A stretch of DNA of 64,000 bases from Leptonemataceae bacterium (GTDB lineage Bacteria; Spirochaetota; Leptospiria; Leptospirales; Leptonemataceae), in the NCBI GenBank assembly GCA_965227295.1, contig OZ245742.1:4032001-4096000 (forward strand), in the 5' to 3' direction. Positions 1 to 9,720 of the stretch are shown here, piece after piece. The notes under the pieces were generated by a model. That model was not told where the DNA came from. It saw only the letters and a list, made by a program, of their open reading frames with translations, and ran no database searches. The first letter of the stretch is position 1. The number at the start of each line of letters is the position of its first letter. The position numbers were made by a program, and so were the translations under genes.

Positions 1-2
1 AA

Positions 3-1157
3 TCGGCCCGGACGCCGGAGGGCAGTGAAGAAGAGGACATCCTCCTCGATGACTCCGAACTGGCCGACCACATTCTGCACGAGGAGTCGGGTCCCGTGCC
101 CGAAGCCGTACCTGTCGTTGAAACCCGGTCTTCGCAAGATGCGCAGGAACCGGAGCAATCAGAAGAGTCGGAAGGACCGGAGGCCACCGCCGCAGCGCAG
201 TCGGGGGTCGCCTCCGTGCCCGTTGCCCGGCCGTCCGGCGAACCGCGCATCAGCGACAGGCTGCTGGCGGAGACAGACTCCCCGCTGCCGGACAACACCA
301 CGATCACGCTCCAGAAGCTGTATACGAAACGCCGCATTGAATCGACGGACTTTCATGAAATCCTGGACCTCGTTCTCGAAAAGAGCCGGGCGGACGCGCT
401 GGCCTTTCTGTTGCTGGATTCCATGCAAATGGTCTTCCGTACGCTTGTAGGGCGCGGGCTCGACGAAGCCTCCGAACGCAATCTCTACATCGGCATCGAC
501 GATCAGTACGTCGGCAGCGAATCGCACTTCCAGACGATTCGTTTTAACAGCGACGCCATGCGCGAGGACTTCCACTTCAAGAAGCGTTTCAGCACGGACT
601 TCTTCGAACGCATGGACGGTCTGTACATCATCAACCTGCACCCGTCCGGACTTCCCGGGTTCCTGGTCCTGGCCTATGAAGACCTGAATCGCCTGGCCGA
701 AAACGTACTGGAGATTACGTTGCCGCCGATCATGCGCGACGTGCTTCCGGTACTGAACCGCTACCGTACGATTGCCTGGGAACCGGAGCATCAATCCGCG
801 GTGGACTCAAGCATCGTGGACGAAATCTACAAGTTACTCAAGCACGTCTCCCGCAGCGGACGCGACGAACTGTGCGTCATCCATCTGCGTTTTCCGGGGC
901 TCTTGCAACAGAGCGCCTGGCGCACCCGGTTGGCCCGCATCGCCGAGTCGTTGTCCACCGCCATCGGTCCCGGTGAGAAATTGATCCGCGCCACGCCCGA
1001 GCGCCTCATTTTAGTTTTGAAAGAAACCTCGCCGGACAGCGTCATCGGCGCGGCCCGGGAGAGCGCCGGAAACTGGGGCCAGGGCCTCAAGCATAGAATC
1101 CTGAGATATCCGGAGTCCGGCAGGAACTTCTACAACTACATTGCTCCGGGACTCTAA
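3..1157 (+). CDS. Hypothetical protein, 5'-truncated by the window edge; acidic low-complexity N-terminus, possible degenerate GAF/GGDEF-like C-terminus
   Basis: The frame of ORF 96..1157 is open back to base 3. Its stop overlaps the ATG of the next gene (TAATG). Confidence 0.7.
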   Translation, partial: SARTPEGSEEEDILLDDSELADHILHEESGPVPEAVPVVETRSSQDAQEPEQSEESEGPEATAAAQSGVASVPVARPSGEPRISDRLLAETDSPLPDNTTITLQKLYTKRRIESTDFHEILDLVLEKSRADALAFLLLDSMQMVFRTLVGRGLDEASERNLYIGIDDQYVGSESHFQTIRFNSDAMREDFHFKKRFSTDFFERMDGLYIINLHPSGLPGFLVLAYEDLNRLAENVLEITLPPIMRDVLPVLNRYRTIAWEPEHQSAVDSSIVDEIYKLLKHVSRSGRDELCVIHLRFPGLLQQSAWRTRLARIAESLSTAIGPGEKLIRATPERLILVLKETSPDSVIGAARESAGNWGQGLKHRILRYPESGRNFYNYIAPGL

Positions 1158-1687
1158 TGTTTGCTCGCATTACATTTGTACTCCTGGCGGTACTGCTGAC
1201 CGCAGCGGCCGGTCCCGCGACGGCGAAGGAGGCCGGGCGTTACTCCGCGCTGGTCGAACGCGCGGGAGAACTGGCCCGGGCGGGGCGCTACCGGGAGAGC
1301 ATTCCGTATTTGCGTAAGCTGGTCGAACTGCGGCCGTACGATGAGCGGGCGCTGTATCACCTGGCCCTGGCCCTGTTGCATCAGGAAGCACCGGTCTCAC
1401 GGGAATCCTACGGTGAGGCTGCCCGGCTCTTACAGGAATGCGAGGCCATGCAGGAGCAAGTGCAGGATTTCGGACCCGCCCTGGGGCTCCGCCGTTTCTA
1501 TTTGGGCCTGGCCCTGTGGCGTTCCGGGCGGTCGGAACCGGCCCTGGCAGCCTTCGAACGCAGCTTCGCCGCCGATCCGGATGGCCGCAGTGACGCCGTT
1601 TACAACATGTTCGCGATTCACGATGAATTGGGCCATGTTAGCCGCGCCCGGATTCTCCTCGAACGTTACAAAGGCCTGCGCCCGTAG
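1157..1687 (+). CDS. Secreted tetratricopeptide-repeat protein
   Basis: Signal peptide (MFARITFVLLAVLLTAAAGPATA) and TPR-like helices (ALYHLALAL, FYLGLALWRSG, AVYNMFAI). Confidence 0.75.
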   Translation: MFARITFVLLAVLLTAAAGPATAKEAGRYSALVERAGELARAGRYRESIPYLRKLVELRPYDERALYHLALALLHQEAPVSRESYGEAARLLQECEAMQEQVQDFGPALGLRRFYLGLALWRSGRSEPALAAFERSFAADPDGRSDAVYNMFAIHDELGHVSRARILLERYKGLRP

Positions 1688-1714
1688 GCCTCACCCGGCG
1701 TAATTCTTTTATTG

Positions 1715-1743
1715 TTGACACTCGCCCTGTCGATTGCTAATTT
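1715..1743 (+). promoter_or_regulatory. Sigma70-type promoter of the hrcA operon
   Basis: TTGACA (1715-1720), 17-nt spacer, extended -10 TG-c-TAATTT (1735-1743). Confidence 0.7.
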
Positions 1744-1752
1744 TGTCTAATA

Positions 1753-1779
1753 TTAGCAATCGACAGGTAAGAGTGCTAA
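1753..1779 (+). promoter_or_regulatory. CIRCE operator (HrcA binding site)
   Basis: TTAGCAATC-N9-GAGTGCTAA, one mismatch from the consensus TTAGCACTC-N9-GAGTGCTAA, directly upstream of hrcA. Confidence 0.92.
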
Positions 1780-1863
1780 TAAATCGGTAAAATAATTCGT
1801 CAGATTGGACATAATTTCAGGAACATGTGGATAAGCTGCGGATAAAACCGCAGATTTTTGCAT

Positions 1864-2919
1864 ATGGCGAGGCGCAAGAGCAACAGCAACGAGTCGGAAA
1901 TCACCGATCGGCAGGCGGAAGTGTTGAATATGGTCGTGAGCGGCTTCATTCACCAGTCCCAGCCGGTCAGTAGCTTCTATATTATTGAGAACTACGATGT
2001 GAACCTGAGTTCTGCCACGATTCGTTCCGTCTTCGCGGCGTTGGAGAAGAAAGGATACCTCTTTTCCCCGCACCGGAGTTCGGGCCGGATCCCCACCGAG
2101 AAGGCCTATCGTTACTTTGTGGATCAGTTGCCGCCGCCGGCCGTCCTCCTGGACGAGGATCAGCGCGTCATTCAGGCCGAGTATCTGAAACACGAGTTCC
2201 GCCTGCCGGACATCCTGGACGTGACGTCTCGCATCCTCTCGATGCTGACGACGTATGCGGCGGTGGTCCTGGGGCCGGAGCCGGAGCAGGCCGTGCTCAA
2301 GCACATCGAGCTGATCGACATGGGTGAGGACGAGGTCCTGGTCATCCTGGTCACCCGTTCGGGCGCCGTGTACTCACGGACGTTGTTTCTGGAGAATCGT
2401 ATTCCCGGGGACACCCTGCGGCAGATCTCGCGCCAGTTGAACGAAATGTTCAAGGGCATGGACCTGTCGGAGATTCGTGAGCGGCTCAAGTCCAGCATCG
2501 AAGGGGCCAATCGTTACTTCCCGCTGATTGCGAAGACCATTGCGGAAAACTTCGATTCGGTTTCCGGCGAGGAAGAGGTCTTCACCTACGGCCTCGATAA
2601 CCTCTACCGGGCCATGGCCGAGAGCGGGGAGCCGGGCCGCCTGCGGGACATCGGTGAATTGTTTCATCATACGGATTTCTTGCGCGGCGTGTTTAAGAAG
2701 GCGATCAGCCTGGATGACGTCGAGGTTGTGATCGAGGGAGATCGGGACGAACGCCTGGCCGGTCTGTCGGTAATCTCGGCGAGCTACAAGATGGGCGAGA
2801 AGCGCATCGGCAGCCTGGGCATCGTGGGGCCGAATCGCATGGACTACGTGCGCGTGATGAGCATCGTCGAGTACATTCGGCGGCTGACAACGAATATGGT
2901 AACCAGGATCAGCAAATAA
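1864..2919 (+). CDS. hrcA: Heat-inducible transcription repressor HrcA
   Basis: N-terminal wHTH (LSSATIR...LEKKGYL..PHRSSGRIPTEKAYRYFVD), C-terminal GSLGIVGPNRMDY; precedes grpE-dnaK-dnaJ. Confidence 0.96.
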   Translation: MARRKSNSNESEITDRQAEVLNMVVSGFIHQSQPVSSFYIIENYDVNLSSATIRSVFAALEKKGYLFSPHRSSGRIPTEKAYRYFVDQLPPPAVLLDEDQRVIQAEYLKHEFRLPDILDVTSRILSMLTTYAAVVLGPEPEQAVLKHIELIDMGEDEVLVILVTRSGAVYSRTLFLENRIPGDTLRQISRQLNEMFKGMDLSEIRERLKSSIEGANRYFPLIAKTIAENFDSVSGEEEVFTYGLDNLYRAMAESGEPGRLRDIGELFHHTDFLRGVFKKAISLDDVEVVIEGDRDERLAGLSVISASYKMGEKRIGSLGIVGPNRMDYVRVMSIVEYIRRLTTNMVTRISK

Positions 2920-2950
2920 CGTCGTTAAGTTTTATACGGAGTATATTAAG

Positions 2951-3682
2951 ATGGAAGGTGTGTCGGAAGAACAGGAAGGCAAACATCCCGAAGGCGTGGA
3001 CGTGGCTCCAGGCCGGGAAGAGCGCCGGGCTGACGAAGACAACAACGCGGCCAACGCTGCCGCGAATACGGAAGGTGCGGGCAGCGGAGCCGGCGATGAG
3101 CAGGCCCCGGCCGCGGACGAAGGCAGTACGCAAACGGAAGGTGAGGGCGAGAGCGAACTCGAACACGCTCAGCGTGAGATCGCCGAGCTCAAGGATCACT
3201 GGAACCGGGAGCGCGCGGACTTCGCAAACTTTCGCAAGCGTACGATTGTAGAACGCCAGAAGGCCGAGGGCGAAGCGGTAGCTCGTTTCACCCGCGAACT
3301 CTTGAACGTTCTGGATAACCTGGATCGGGTCCTTTCGATGAAATCGGATAACCCCGAGGTGAGCAACTTTCTTACCGGGGTGCAGATGATTCGCGAGAAC
3401 TTTATTCAGGTTCTCGGCAACCATCGGATTCGCACGGTAAACCCGGAGGGCGAGCCCTTCGACCCGTCGTCCATGGAGGCCATCGCCAAAGAAGACCGCG
3501 ACGACCTCGAACGCGACACGGTGCTGGAAGTCTACCAGGCCGGTTACGTCATCGAGTTTTCCGGCGGCGACTCGCAGGTATTGCGGGCGGCCCGGGTAAA
3601 AGTCGGCGTGAAAGCGAACAAACAAACGACGCCGACGGCAGACGAAGCGCCGGCAACGGATAACAACGCAGAGGAATCATAA
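2951..3682 (+). CDS. grpE: Nucleotide exchange factor GrpE
   Basis: RADFANFRKR, LLNVLDNLDR, GEPFDP, VYQAGY..RAARVKV motifs; operon position. Confidence 0.96.
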   Translation: MEGVSEEQEGKHPEGVDVAPGREERRADEDNNAANAAANTEGAGSGAGDEQAPAADEGSTQTEGEGESELEHAQREIAELKDHWNRERADFANFRKRTIVERQKAEGEAVARFTRELLNVLDNLDRVLSMKSDNPEVSNFLTGVQMIRENFIQVLGNHRIRTVNPEGEPFDPSSMEAIAKEDRDDLERDTVLEVYQAGYVIEFSGGDSQVLRAARVKVGVKANKQTTPTADEAPATDNNAEES

Positions 3683-3768
3683 CGGAGCATCATTCGGAGC
3701 GGCGAAACTTCCGAAAAACACGGAGCGGCGTCCGAGTCAGCGAATCTTGAAGAATTGAGGAAATAAAC

Positions 3769-5706
3769 ATGGCACAAGAAAAGATTATCGGTATCGACCT
3801 GGGAACCACGAACTCCTGCGTGGCGGTCATGGAAGGCGGCGAGCCTGTCGTCATTCAAAACGCCGAGGGCGCCCGGACTACTCCGTCCATCGTGGCGTTC
3901 GCGGACGGCAACCGTCTCGTGGGCCAGATCGCGAAGAACCAGGCCATCACGAATCCGGGAAACACGGTTCGTTCCATCAAACGTTTCATGGGCATGCGCT
4001 TCTCCGAGGCGGAGAGCGAGATGGCCAAAGTCTCGTACAAGGTGGTTCGTTCCGGTTCCGACGGACTGAAAGTCGAAACGGATCAGGGCAGCCATACGCC
4101 CCAGGAAATCTCGGCGATCACGCTTCAAAAAATGAAGCAGACTGCCGAAGACTATCTCGGCCACCCGGTTACGAAGGCCGTGGTCACCGTACCCGCCTAC
4201 TTCAACGACGAGCAACGCCAGGCGACGAAAGACGCTGGCCGCATTGCCGGTCTTGAAGTCGAGCGGATCATCAACGAGCCCACCGCGGCCGCTCTGGCCT
4301 ACGGCCTGGATCGCAAGAATCAGAACATGAAGATTGCGGTCTATGACCTGGGCGGCGGCACGTTCGACATCTCTGTCCTGGAACTGGGCGACGGCGTCTT
4401 CGAAGTGAAGTCCACCAACGGTGACACGCACTTAGGCGGCGACGACTTCGACCAGGCCGTGATGGACTGGATGGTGGAAGAGTTCAAAAAAGAGAGCGGC
4501 ATCGACATCGGTAAAGATCGCATGGCGTTGCAGCGTCTGAAAGAAGCGGCCGAGAAGGCGAAGATCGAACTCTCCGGCACGACCCAATCGCAGATCAACA
4601 TTCCATTTGTGACTGCGGATCAGAGCGGGCCGAAACACCTGAACATGACGCTGAGTCGCGCGAAGTTCGACCAGCTCACGAAGTCCCTGGTTGATCGCAC
4701 GCGCATTCCCTGCGAGAACGCGATTAAGGACGCCGGTCTTTCGGCGAGCGAGATCGACGAGGTCATTCTCGTGGGCGGTTCCACCCGGATTCCCGCGGTG
4801 CAGGAGCTCGTGAAGAACGTCTTCGGTCGTGAGCCGAACAAAGGCGTAAACCCGGATGAGGTTGTGGCCATTGGTGCGGCGATTCAGGGCGGCGTTCTCG
4901 CCGGTGAGGTGAGCGACGTTCTGCTGCTGGATGTTACGCCGTTGTCTCTGGGGATCGAAACCCTGGGCGGCGTGTTTACGAAGCTGATCGAACGCAACAC
5001 CACGATCCCGACGCGCAAGTCGCAGATCTTCTCCACGGCCGCGGACAATCAGACTGCCGTATCCGTACACGTGCTGCAGGGCGAACGTGAAATGTCCCGG
5101 GACAACCGGACGCTCGCGCGCTTCGACCTGGTCGGCATTCCATCGGCCCCGCGCGGTGTGCCGCAGATCGAGGTAACTTTCGATATCGACGCGAACGGCA
5201 TCGTGCATGTGTCGGCGAAGGACCTGGGCACCGGCAAAGAACAGAAGATTCGCGTGGAATCTTCGAGTGGCCTCTCGGAGGACGAGATCAACAAAATGGT
5301 CAAGGACGCCGAGGCCAACGCCGCGAAGGATCAGGCCGAACGCGAAACGGCCGAAGCCCGCAACGAAGCGGACAACCTGGCATATACGCTCGAGAAAGCC
5401 GTGGCAGACGCCGGTGATGCCGCCGATGCCGCGGACAAAGAGCAGGCCGAAGAAGTGATCAAACGCACGCGGGAGGCACTGGACTCCGGTGACAAGGATC
5501 GCATCATTGCGGCGCGGGATGAAATCCGCAACGCGGCTATGGAACTCGGCCAGAAGCTGGCCGCCGCGGCCGGACCGCAACCGGGAGCCGAAGGCGCCCC
5601 GGGCGGCGGCGAAGCGGGCCCCGACGGCTCCGGTCAATCGGAAGGCGAGGGATCCGAGAAGGTCGTAGACGCGGATTATACCGTCGTGGACGACGAGAAG
5701 AAGTGA
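3769..5706 (+). CDS. dnaK: Molecular chaperone DnaK (Hsp70)
   Basis: [39 protein letters not shown] signatures. Confidence 0.99.
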   Translation: MAQEKIIGIDLGTTNSCVAVMEGGEPVVIQNAEGARTTPSIVAFADGNRLVGQIAKNQAITNPGNTVRSIKRFMGMRFSEAESEMAKVSYKVVRSGSDGLKVETDQGSHTPQEISAITLQKMKQTAEDYLGHPVTKAVVTVPAYFNDEQRQATKDAGRIAGLEVERIINEPTAAALAYGLDRKNQNMKIAVYDLGGGTFDISVLELGDGVFEVKSTNGDTHLGGDDFDQAVMDWMVEEFKKESGIDIGKDRMALQRLKEAAEKAKIELSGTTQSQINIPFVTADQSGPKHLNMTLSRAKFDQLTKSLVDRTRIPCENAIKDAGLSASEIDEVILVGGSTRIPAVQELVKNVFGREPNKGVNPDEVVAIGAAIQGGVLAGEVSDVLLLDVTPLSLGIETLGGVFTKLIERNTTIPTRKSQIFSTAADNQTAVSVHVLQGEREMSRDNRTLARFDLVGIPSAPRGVPQIEVTFDIDANGIVHVSAKDLGTGKEQKIRVESSSGLSEDEINKMVKDAEANAAKDQAERETAEARNEADNLAYTLEKAVADAGDAADAADKEQAEEVIKRTREALDSGDKDRIIAARDEIRNAAMELGQKLAAAAGPQPGAEGAPGGGEAGPDGSGQSEGEGSEKVVDADYTVVDDEKK

Positions 5707-5714
5707 GGTTGCGA

Positions 5715-5740
5715 GGGCCGTCCTCGAACGAGGGCGGCCC
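5715..5740 (+). terminator. GC-rich hairpin after dnaK (attenuator or mRNA-stabilising stem; no U-tract)
   Basis: GGGCCGTCCTCG-AA-CGAGGGCGGCCC, 8 nt after the dnaK stop. Confidence 0.45.
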
Positions 5741-5769
5741 GGTGAGTCACGGGTGAAATAGAAGATAGG

Positions 5770-5889
5770 ATTAACACCGAGGACCGAGGTCTCCGAGATT
5801 CTCTGTGAGGGCGATCATGGTTTGATCACCTGTCAGCTATGAATACTCTCAGGATTGATTCCTCGGCGCTCTCGGTCCTCGGTGTTAAT
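5770..5889. repeat. MITE/REP-like element with 19-bp perfect terminal inverted repeats (CCGAGGACCGAG family)
   Basis: ATTAACACCGAGGACCGAG (5770-5788) / CTCGGTCCTCGGTGTTAAT (5871-5889); related copies at 52265 and 34657. Confidence 0.75.
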
Positions 5890-5926
5890 AATCCTTTCCC
5901 GCAACTTAGCGATAAAAGGTACTCAT

Positions 5927-7075
5927 ATGGCAGATCGAGATTATTACGAGGTTCTCGGGATTTCCCGGGGCGCGTCGAAGGACGAGATCAAGTCCGCGTA
6001 CCGCAAGATGGCCGTGAAGTACCATCCCGATAAGAACCGCGGCAATGCCGAGGCGGAGGAGAAGTTCAAAGAGGCCACCGAGGCCTACGAGGTCCTCTCC
6101 GATGAACAAAAACGTCGCGTCTACGATCAGTTCGGCAAGGCCGGGCTGGGCGGTATGGGCGGCGGTGCCGGTTTCGGCGGCGCGAAGGCTTATCAAGATT
6201 TTTCCGACATCTTCGGCGACATCGGCGACATCTTCTCCGAATTTTTCGGCGGGGGCGGTGGTGGTGGTTTCGCCGGCGGCGGTTTCGGCGGCCGGCGCGG
6301 CGGTATGCGGCGCGGTGCCGATCTCCGTTACAACCTGGAAATTTCCCTGGAAGACGCCGCTCTCGGCAAAGAAGTAAAACTCGAAATCCCGCGCCAGGAT
6401 ACCTGTGATACCTGCGGCGGCAGTGGTGCGAAAAAAGGCAGCGAACCGATTACGTGTGACACCTGCGGCGGCATCGGCCAGGTACGCCGGACCCAGGGAT
6501 TCTTCTCGGTGACGACGACCTGCCCGACCTGTCAGGGCCGCGGACAGCGCATCAAGGATCCGTGTTCCGCGTGTCACGGCTCCGGTGTACAGGAAAAGAA
6601 GCGCACGTTGCACATTAAGATTCCGCCGGGTGTGGAATCCGGCAGCCGGCTGAAAGTTGCGGGCGAGGGCGAGGCCGGTCCCAACGGCGGCGGCCACGGT
6701 GATCTCTACGTCGTGACGCATCTGAAACCGCACGAGGTATTCGAGCGCCAGGGCAACGATCTTGTGGTGCAGGCGAACATTCCGATCACCACCGGCATTC
6801 TGGGCGGTGAGATCGAGGTGCCCACCATCGACGGCAAGAAGGTCCGTATGAAGATCCCTCCGGGCACCGAAGCCGGTCAGATCTTCCGACTGAAAGGCAA
6901 GGGCATGCCCTACATGGGCGGCTACGGGAAAGGCGATCAGCACGTGCTGGTTTCGCTGAAGGTGCCGAAGAATCTGAGCCGCAAGGCGAAAGAGCTCGTA
7001 ACTGAACTTCAGAAAGAGTTAGACGAAGTTGGGAGCGAGGCGGAGTATTCGCGGGTTACCGTTGGGTACGATTGA
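5927..7075 (+). CDS. dnaJ: Molecular chaperone DnaJ
   Basis: J-domain with HPD, G/F-rich linker, four CxxCxGxG repeats; ATG at 5927 ([11 protein letters not shown]). Confidence 0.98.
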   Translation: MADRDYYEVLGISRGASKDEIKSAYRKMAVKYHPDKNRGNAEAEEKFKEATEAYEVLSDEQKRRVYDQFGKAGLGGMGGGAGFGGAKAYQDFSDIFGDIGDIFSEFFGGGGGGGFAGGGFGGRRGGMRRGADLRYNLEISLEDAALGKEVKLEIPRQDTCDTCGGSGAKKGSEPITCDTCGGIGQVRRTQGFFSVTTTCPTCQGRGQRIKDPCSACHGSGVQEKKRTLHIKIPPGVESGSRLKVAGEGEAGPNGGGHGDLYVVTHLKPHEVFERQGNDLVVQANIPITTGILGGEIEVPTIDGKKVRMKIPPGTEAGQIFRLKGKGMPYMGGYGKGDQHVLVSLKVPKNLSRKAKELVTELQKELDEVGSEAEYSRVTVGYD

Positions 7076-7968
7076 ATTGCGGATTCTTCCGGTGGATCGC
7101 TCAAGGCGATAATCACTACGAATATGATCAGCACGGCCGCTTCGAGCAACAGCGTGAACGCGGCCGGTATCACGAGCCAGCGATAGCGGCCGGTCCAGAT
7201 ATGCGACCACGCGAAGCAAAGCCCCGCCAGGACAAACAACGGGACCACCGGGATATACAGGGTCAGCGCGAAGTACAGCAACGCGACGACGATCGGAAAC
7301 GCCGCGCAAGAGTACGCTGCGATCAATGAATAGACGTCCGCGCCGGTGATCCAACCCCATAACGATCGACCGCGGCGTGTCGTGGCCATGAGCGAGCCGG
7401 ACAGGATGATCCCCAGCGTAAAGCCGTGAACCATGAAGAACGTTCCGACCACGGCGTAGATCAATGCGTTGACTGCCGCCGTAGGATCCCCCTCCGGGTC
7501 TGCGCTGTCCCGGCTTATTATGGAGTAGACGCTGGCAAGCAGCGCGCTGAGCCAGGGAATGAAAGTGAGCAGGCGGATGAGCATGGCCGGATGCCATGGG
7601 CGTGCTTGTCGAATCCATCGAATCAACATCACAATGGTGGCGGGGGGTTCCAACAGGGCATAGCCGAGATGAGCGCCGAGTACGGCTCCGACAACGGGAG
7701 TGACGGTCAGGGCATAATAGATGAACTGTGGCATGAAGCTGATGAATGCCCCTGCGGCATGCCGTGCGTGCAGCGTAGCCCGCAACATTCCCACGGATAT
7801 GAGTGTGCCGGAGACCAGCCCGACGAGAAAGCCCAGGAAAGCCAGCAGGCCGATTGCGATGATGCTCGGTCCGACGTTGCCGAGTACACTCCAGGCAATC
7901 CGTCTTCCTGCCTCCAGGCGCGGCCGTTGCTCTTTGAGGCGTTCGCTAAGATCCTTCGTGATTGCCAT
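7009..7968 (-). CDS. Hypothetical multi-pass membrane protein
   Basis: About 7-8 hydrophobic segments; RBS-like AAAAGG before the ATG; 3' end overlaps dnaJ convergently. Confidence 0.65.
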   Translation of the reverse strand: MAITKDLSERLKEQRPRLEAGRRIAWSVLGNVGPSIIAIGLLAFLGFLVGLVSGTLISVGMLRATLHARHAAGAFISFMPQFIYYALTVTPVVGAVLGAHLGYALLEPPATIVMLIRWIRQARPWHPAMLIRLLTFIPWLSALLASVYSIISRDSADPEGDPTAAVNALIYAVVGTFFMVHGFTLGIILSGSLMATTRRGRSLWGWITGADVYSLIAAYSCAAFPIVVALLYFALTLYIPVVPLFVLAGLCFAWSHIWTGRYRWLVIPAAFTLLLEAAVLIIFVVIIALSDPPEESAIQSYPTVTREYSASLPTSSNSF

Positions 7969-8031
7969 GGTCAACCTTTTTCCCCTTTACAGCCAGGGCT
8001 GTGTCCTCGATCTTCCCCCGGGTAATTTTAC

Positions 8032-9009
8032 ATGAGTGCAAAAGTAAAAGTCGGCCTCGTTGGAACGGGGCACATGGGTCAGTACCACGTCAACGTCAGC
8101 GCGGGAATCGCGGATTACGACGTCGTGGGCATTTTCGACATCGATCCGGAGCGGCGCAAAGAAATTTCCGAGCGCTTCAGCGTGCCAGAGGTCTCCACGT
8201 ACGACGAACTCGTCCAGAAGGCCGAGGCCATCGTCATCGCCGTGCCGACGGTCCTCCACTATGAGTACGCCCTCAAGGCTCTGCAGGCCGGGCGCCACGT
8301 GCTCGTGGAGAAACCCATGACCGAAACCGTCGCCCAGGCGCAGGAGTTGGTCGACATAGCGCAAAAGAACGGGCTGATTTTCCAGGTCGGCCACGTGGAG
8401 CGCTTCAACGGCGCCGTCCTGGAACTCGGTAAGATCGTGGAGCATCCGCTACTAATTGAATCGCGTCGCCTTGCCCCGTTCAACCCGCGCATCTCCGACG
8501 TCGGCGTGGTCCTCGATCTCATGATCCATGACATCGACATTGTGCTGAACCTGGTGAACGAGGACGTGAAATCGGTGCACGCCCGGGGGACCCGGGCGCT
8601 TTCGGACCACGAGGACGTGGCCGTGGCCACGATTCAGTTCGAAGGCGGCTGCGTGGCGAACCTCATCGCGTCGCGGGCCACCCAGGCTAAGATCCGGCGG
8701 CTGAACATTACGCAGGAGAGCGCGTTTATCGTCCTGGACTTTTCGACGCAGGACATCGAAATCCATCGCCGCGCTTCGTCCGCGTATCTCATGACCCGCG
8801 AAGAGTTGAAGTACAAGCAGGAATCCTTCGTCGAGAACATTGCCGTGCATCGGGACAACCCGCTGCGCCAGGAGCACCAGCACTTCCTCGCGTGCATTCG
8901 CGGGACGCAGGAAATCATCGTCGGCGGCCAGGAAGAACTTCGCACGCTCACGATTGCGTCGAAGATCCTGGACGACATTAAGAGTACGCTCCAGGTTCCG
9001 GCGGGTTAG
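8032..9009 (+). CDS. Gfo/Idh/MocA family oxidoreductase
   Basis: VGLVGTGHMG Rossmann motif, HVLVEKP, GHVERFN, DLMIHDID. Confidence 0.93.
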   Translation: MSAKVKVGLVGTGHMGQYHVNVSAGIADYDVVGIFDIDPERRKEISERFSVPEVSTYDELVQKAEAIVIAVPTVLHYEYALKALQAGRHVLVEKPMTETVAQAQELVDIAQKNGLIFQVGHVERFNGAVLELGKIVEHPLLIESRRLAPFNPRISDVGVVLDLMIHDIDIVLNLVNEDVKSVHARGTRALSDHEDVAVATIQFEGGCVANLIASRATQAKIRRLNITQESAFIVLDFSTQDIEIHRRASSAYLMTREELKYKQESFVENIAVHRDNPLRQEHQHFLACIRGTQEIIVGGQEELRTLTIASKILDDIKSTLQVPAG

Positions 9010-9695
9010 TCTTTCCCGGCCGGGGAATCGAGCAGCAACAGCCCGTCCATCTTCATCTGCAACGTTTCGTCCGCCGTCGCCTCGCGCAGGTTTTCCAGGC
9101 GGAGCCGAAATGCCTTTTGATCGCGCGCGTTCTGTGCGTCCCGGCGTAAGCTTAACAATCTTGCCATTTCGTAGCGGGCCTCGTTCGCGGCCGCGCTGAT
9201 GGTTCCCATGGATTGCAACCGCCCGGCACGGGCCACGTCCTGTAAGGACTGGTCCGCGGAACGGTAGACCAGCAGCGCGTTCTGCATGGAACGGCTGACG
9301 CAATGAGACGACGGGCATGCTCGGGGTATCGCACGCGAGCGGCACGGGTGCTGGCCGTGCGGAGGGCGGTGATGACCTGCTCGGCCTGGGCCTTCTTCAT
9401 GCCCTTAATTTCATCTGCGCACTTGTTTACGCCGGCGTCGCGCAGTTCGATGCGCGTAAGGTCTTCTTTGACCGGAACGGCGTCTTCGTTTCGGAAAAGC
9501 CATCGAGCCAGTGCGCCTTCGCGCCCGACGGACCAGGCCGGAGAGCCGGGCGTCGTAGAGCATATAGAACCAGTAACACAATCCACCGGCCATGCCGAAG
9601 AGCAGCACGATCAGCCGGGAGTGCCATTCGACATGTGAGAGGATTTCGCGGAGGCGTTCCATGATTTCGAAAATATAGTGGTGGCGGGATTTCAC
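9006..9695 (-). pseudogene. Frame-disrupted gene for a membrane-anchored helical protein
   Basis: Three ORF pieces (9411..9695, 9152..9586, 9006..9287) join into one plausible protein with an N-terminal TM segment across two frame breaks. Confidence 0.5.
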
Positions 9696-9720
9696 CGCAA
9701 TTCGGTTCCTTGCAGGCAGA

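Noticed and set aside
3544..6943. Long antisense ORFs over dnaK and dnaJ (likewise 20288..21682, 43860..45422, 55937..57232, 58794..60878)
   Set aside because: These are shadow ORFs expected opposite high-GC coding sequence and carry no independent motifs.
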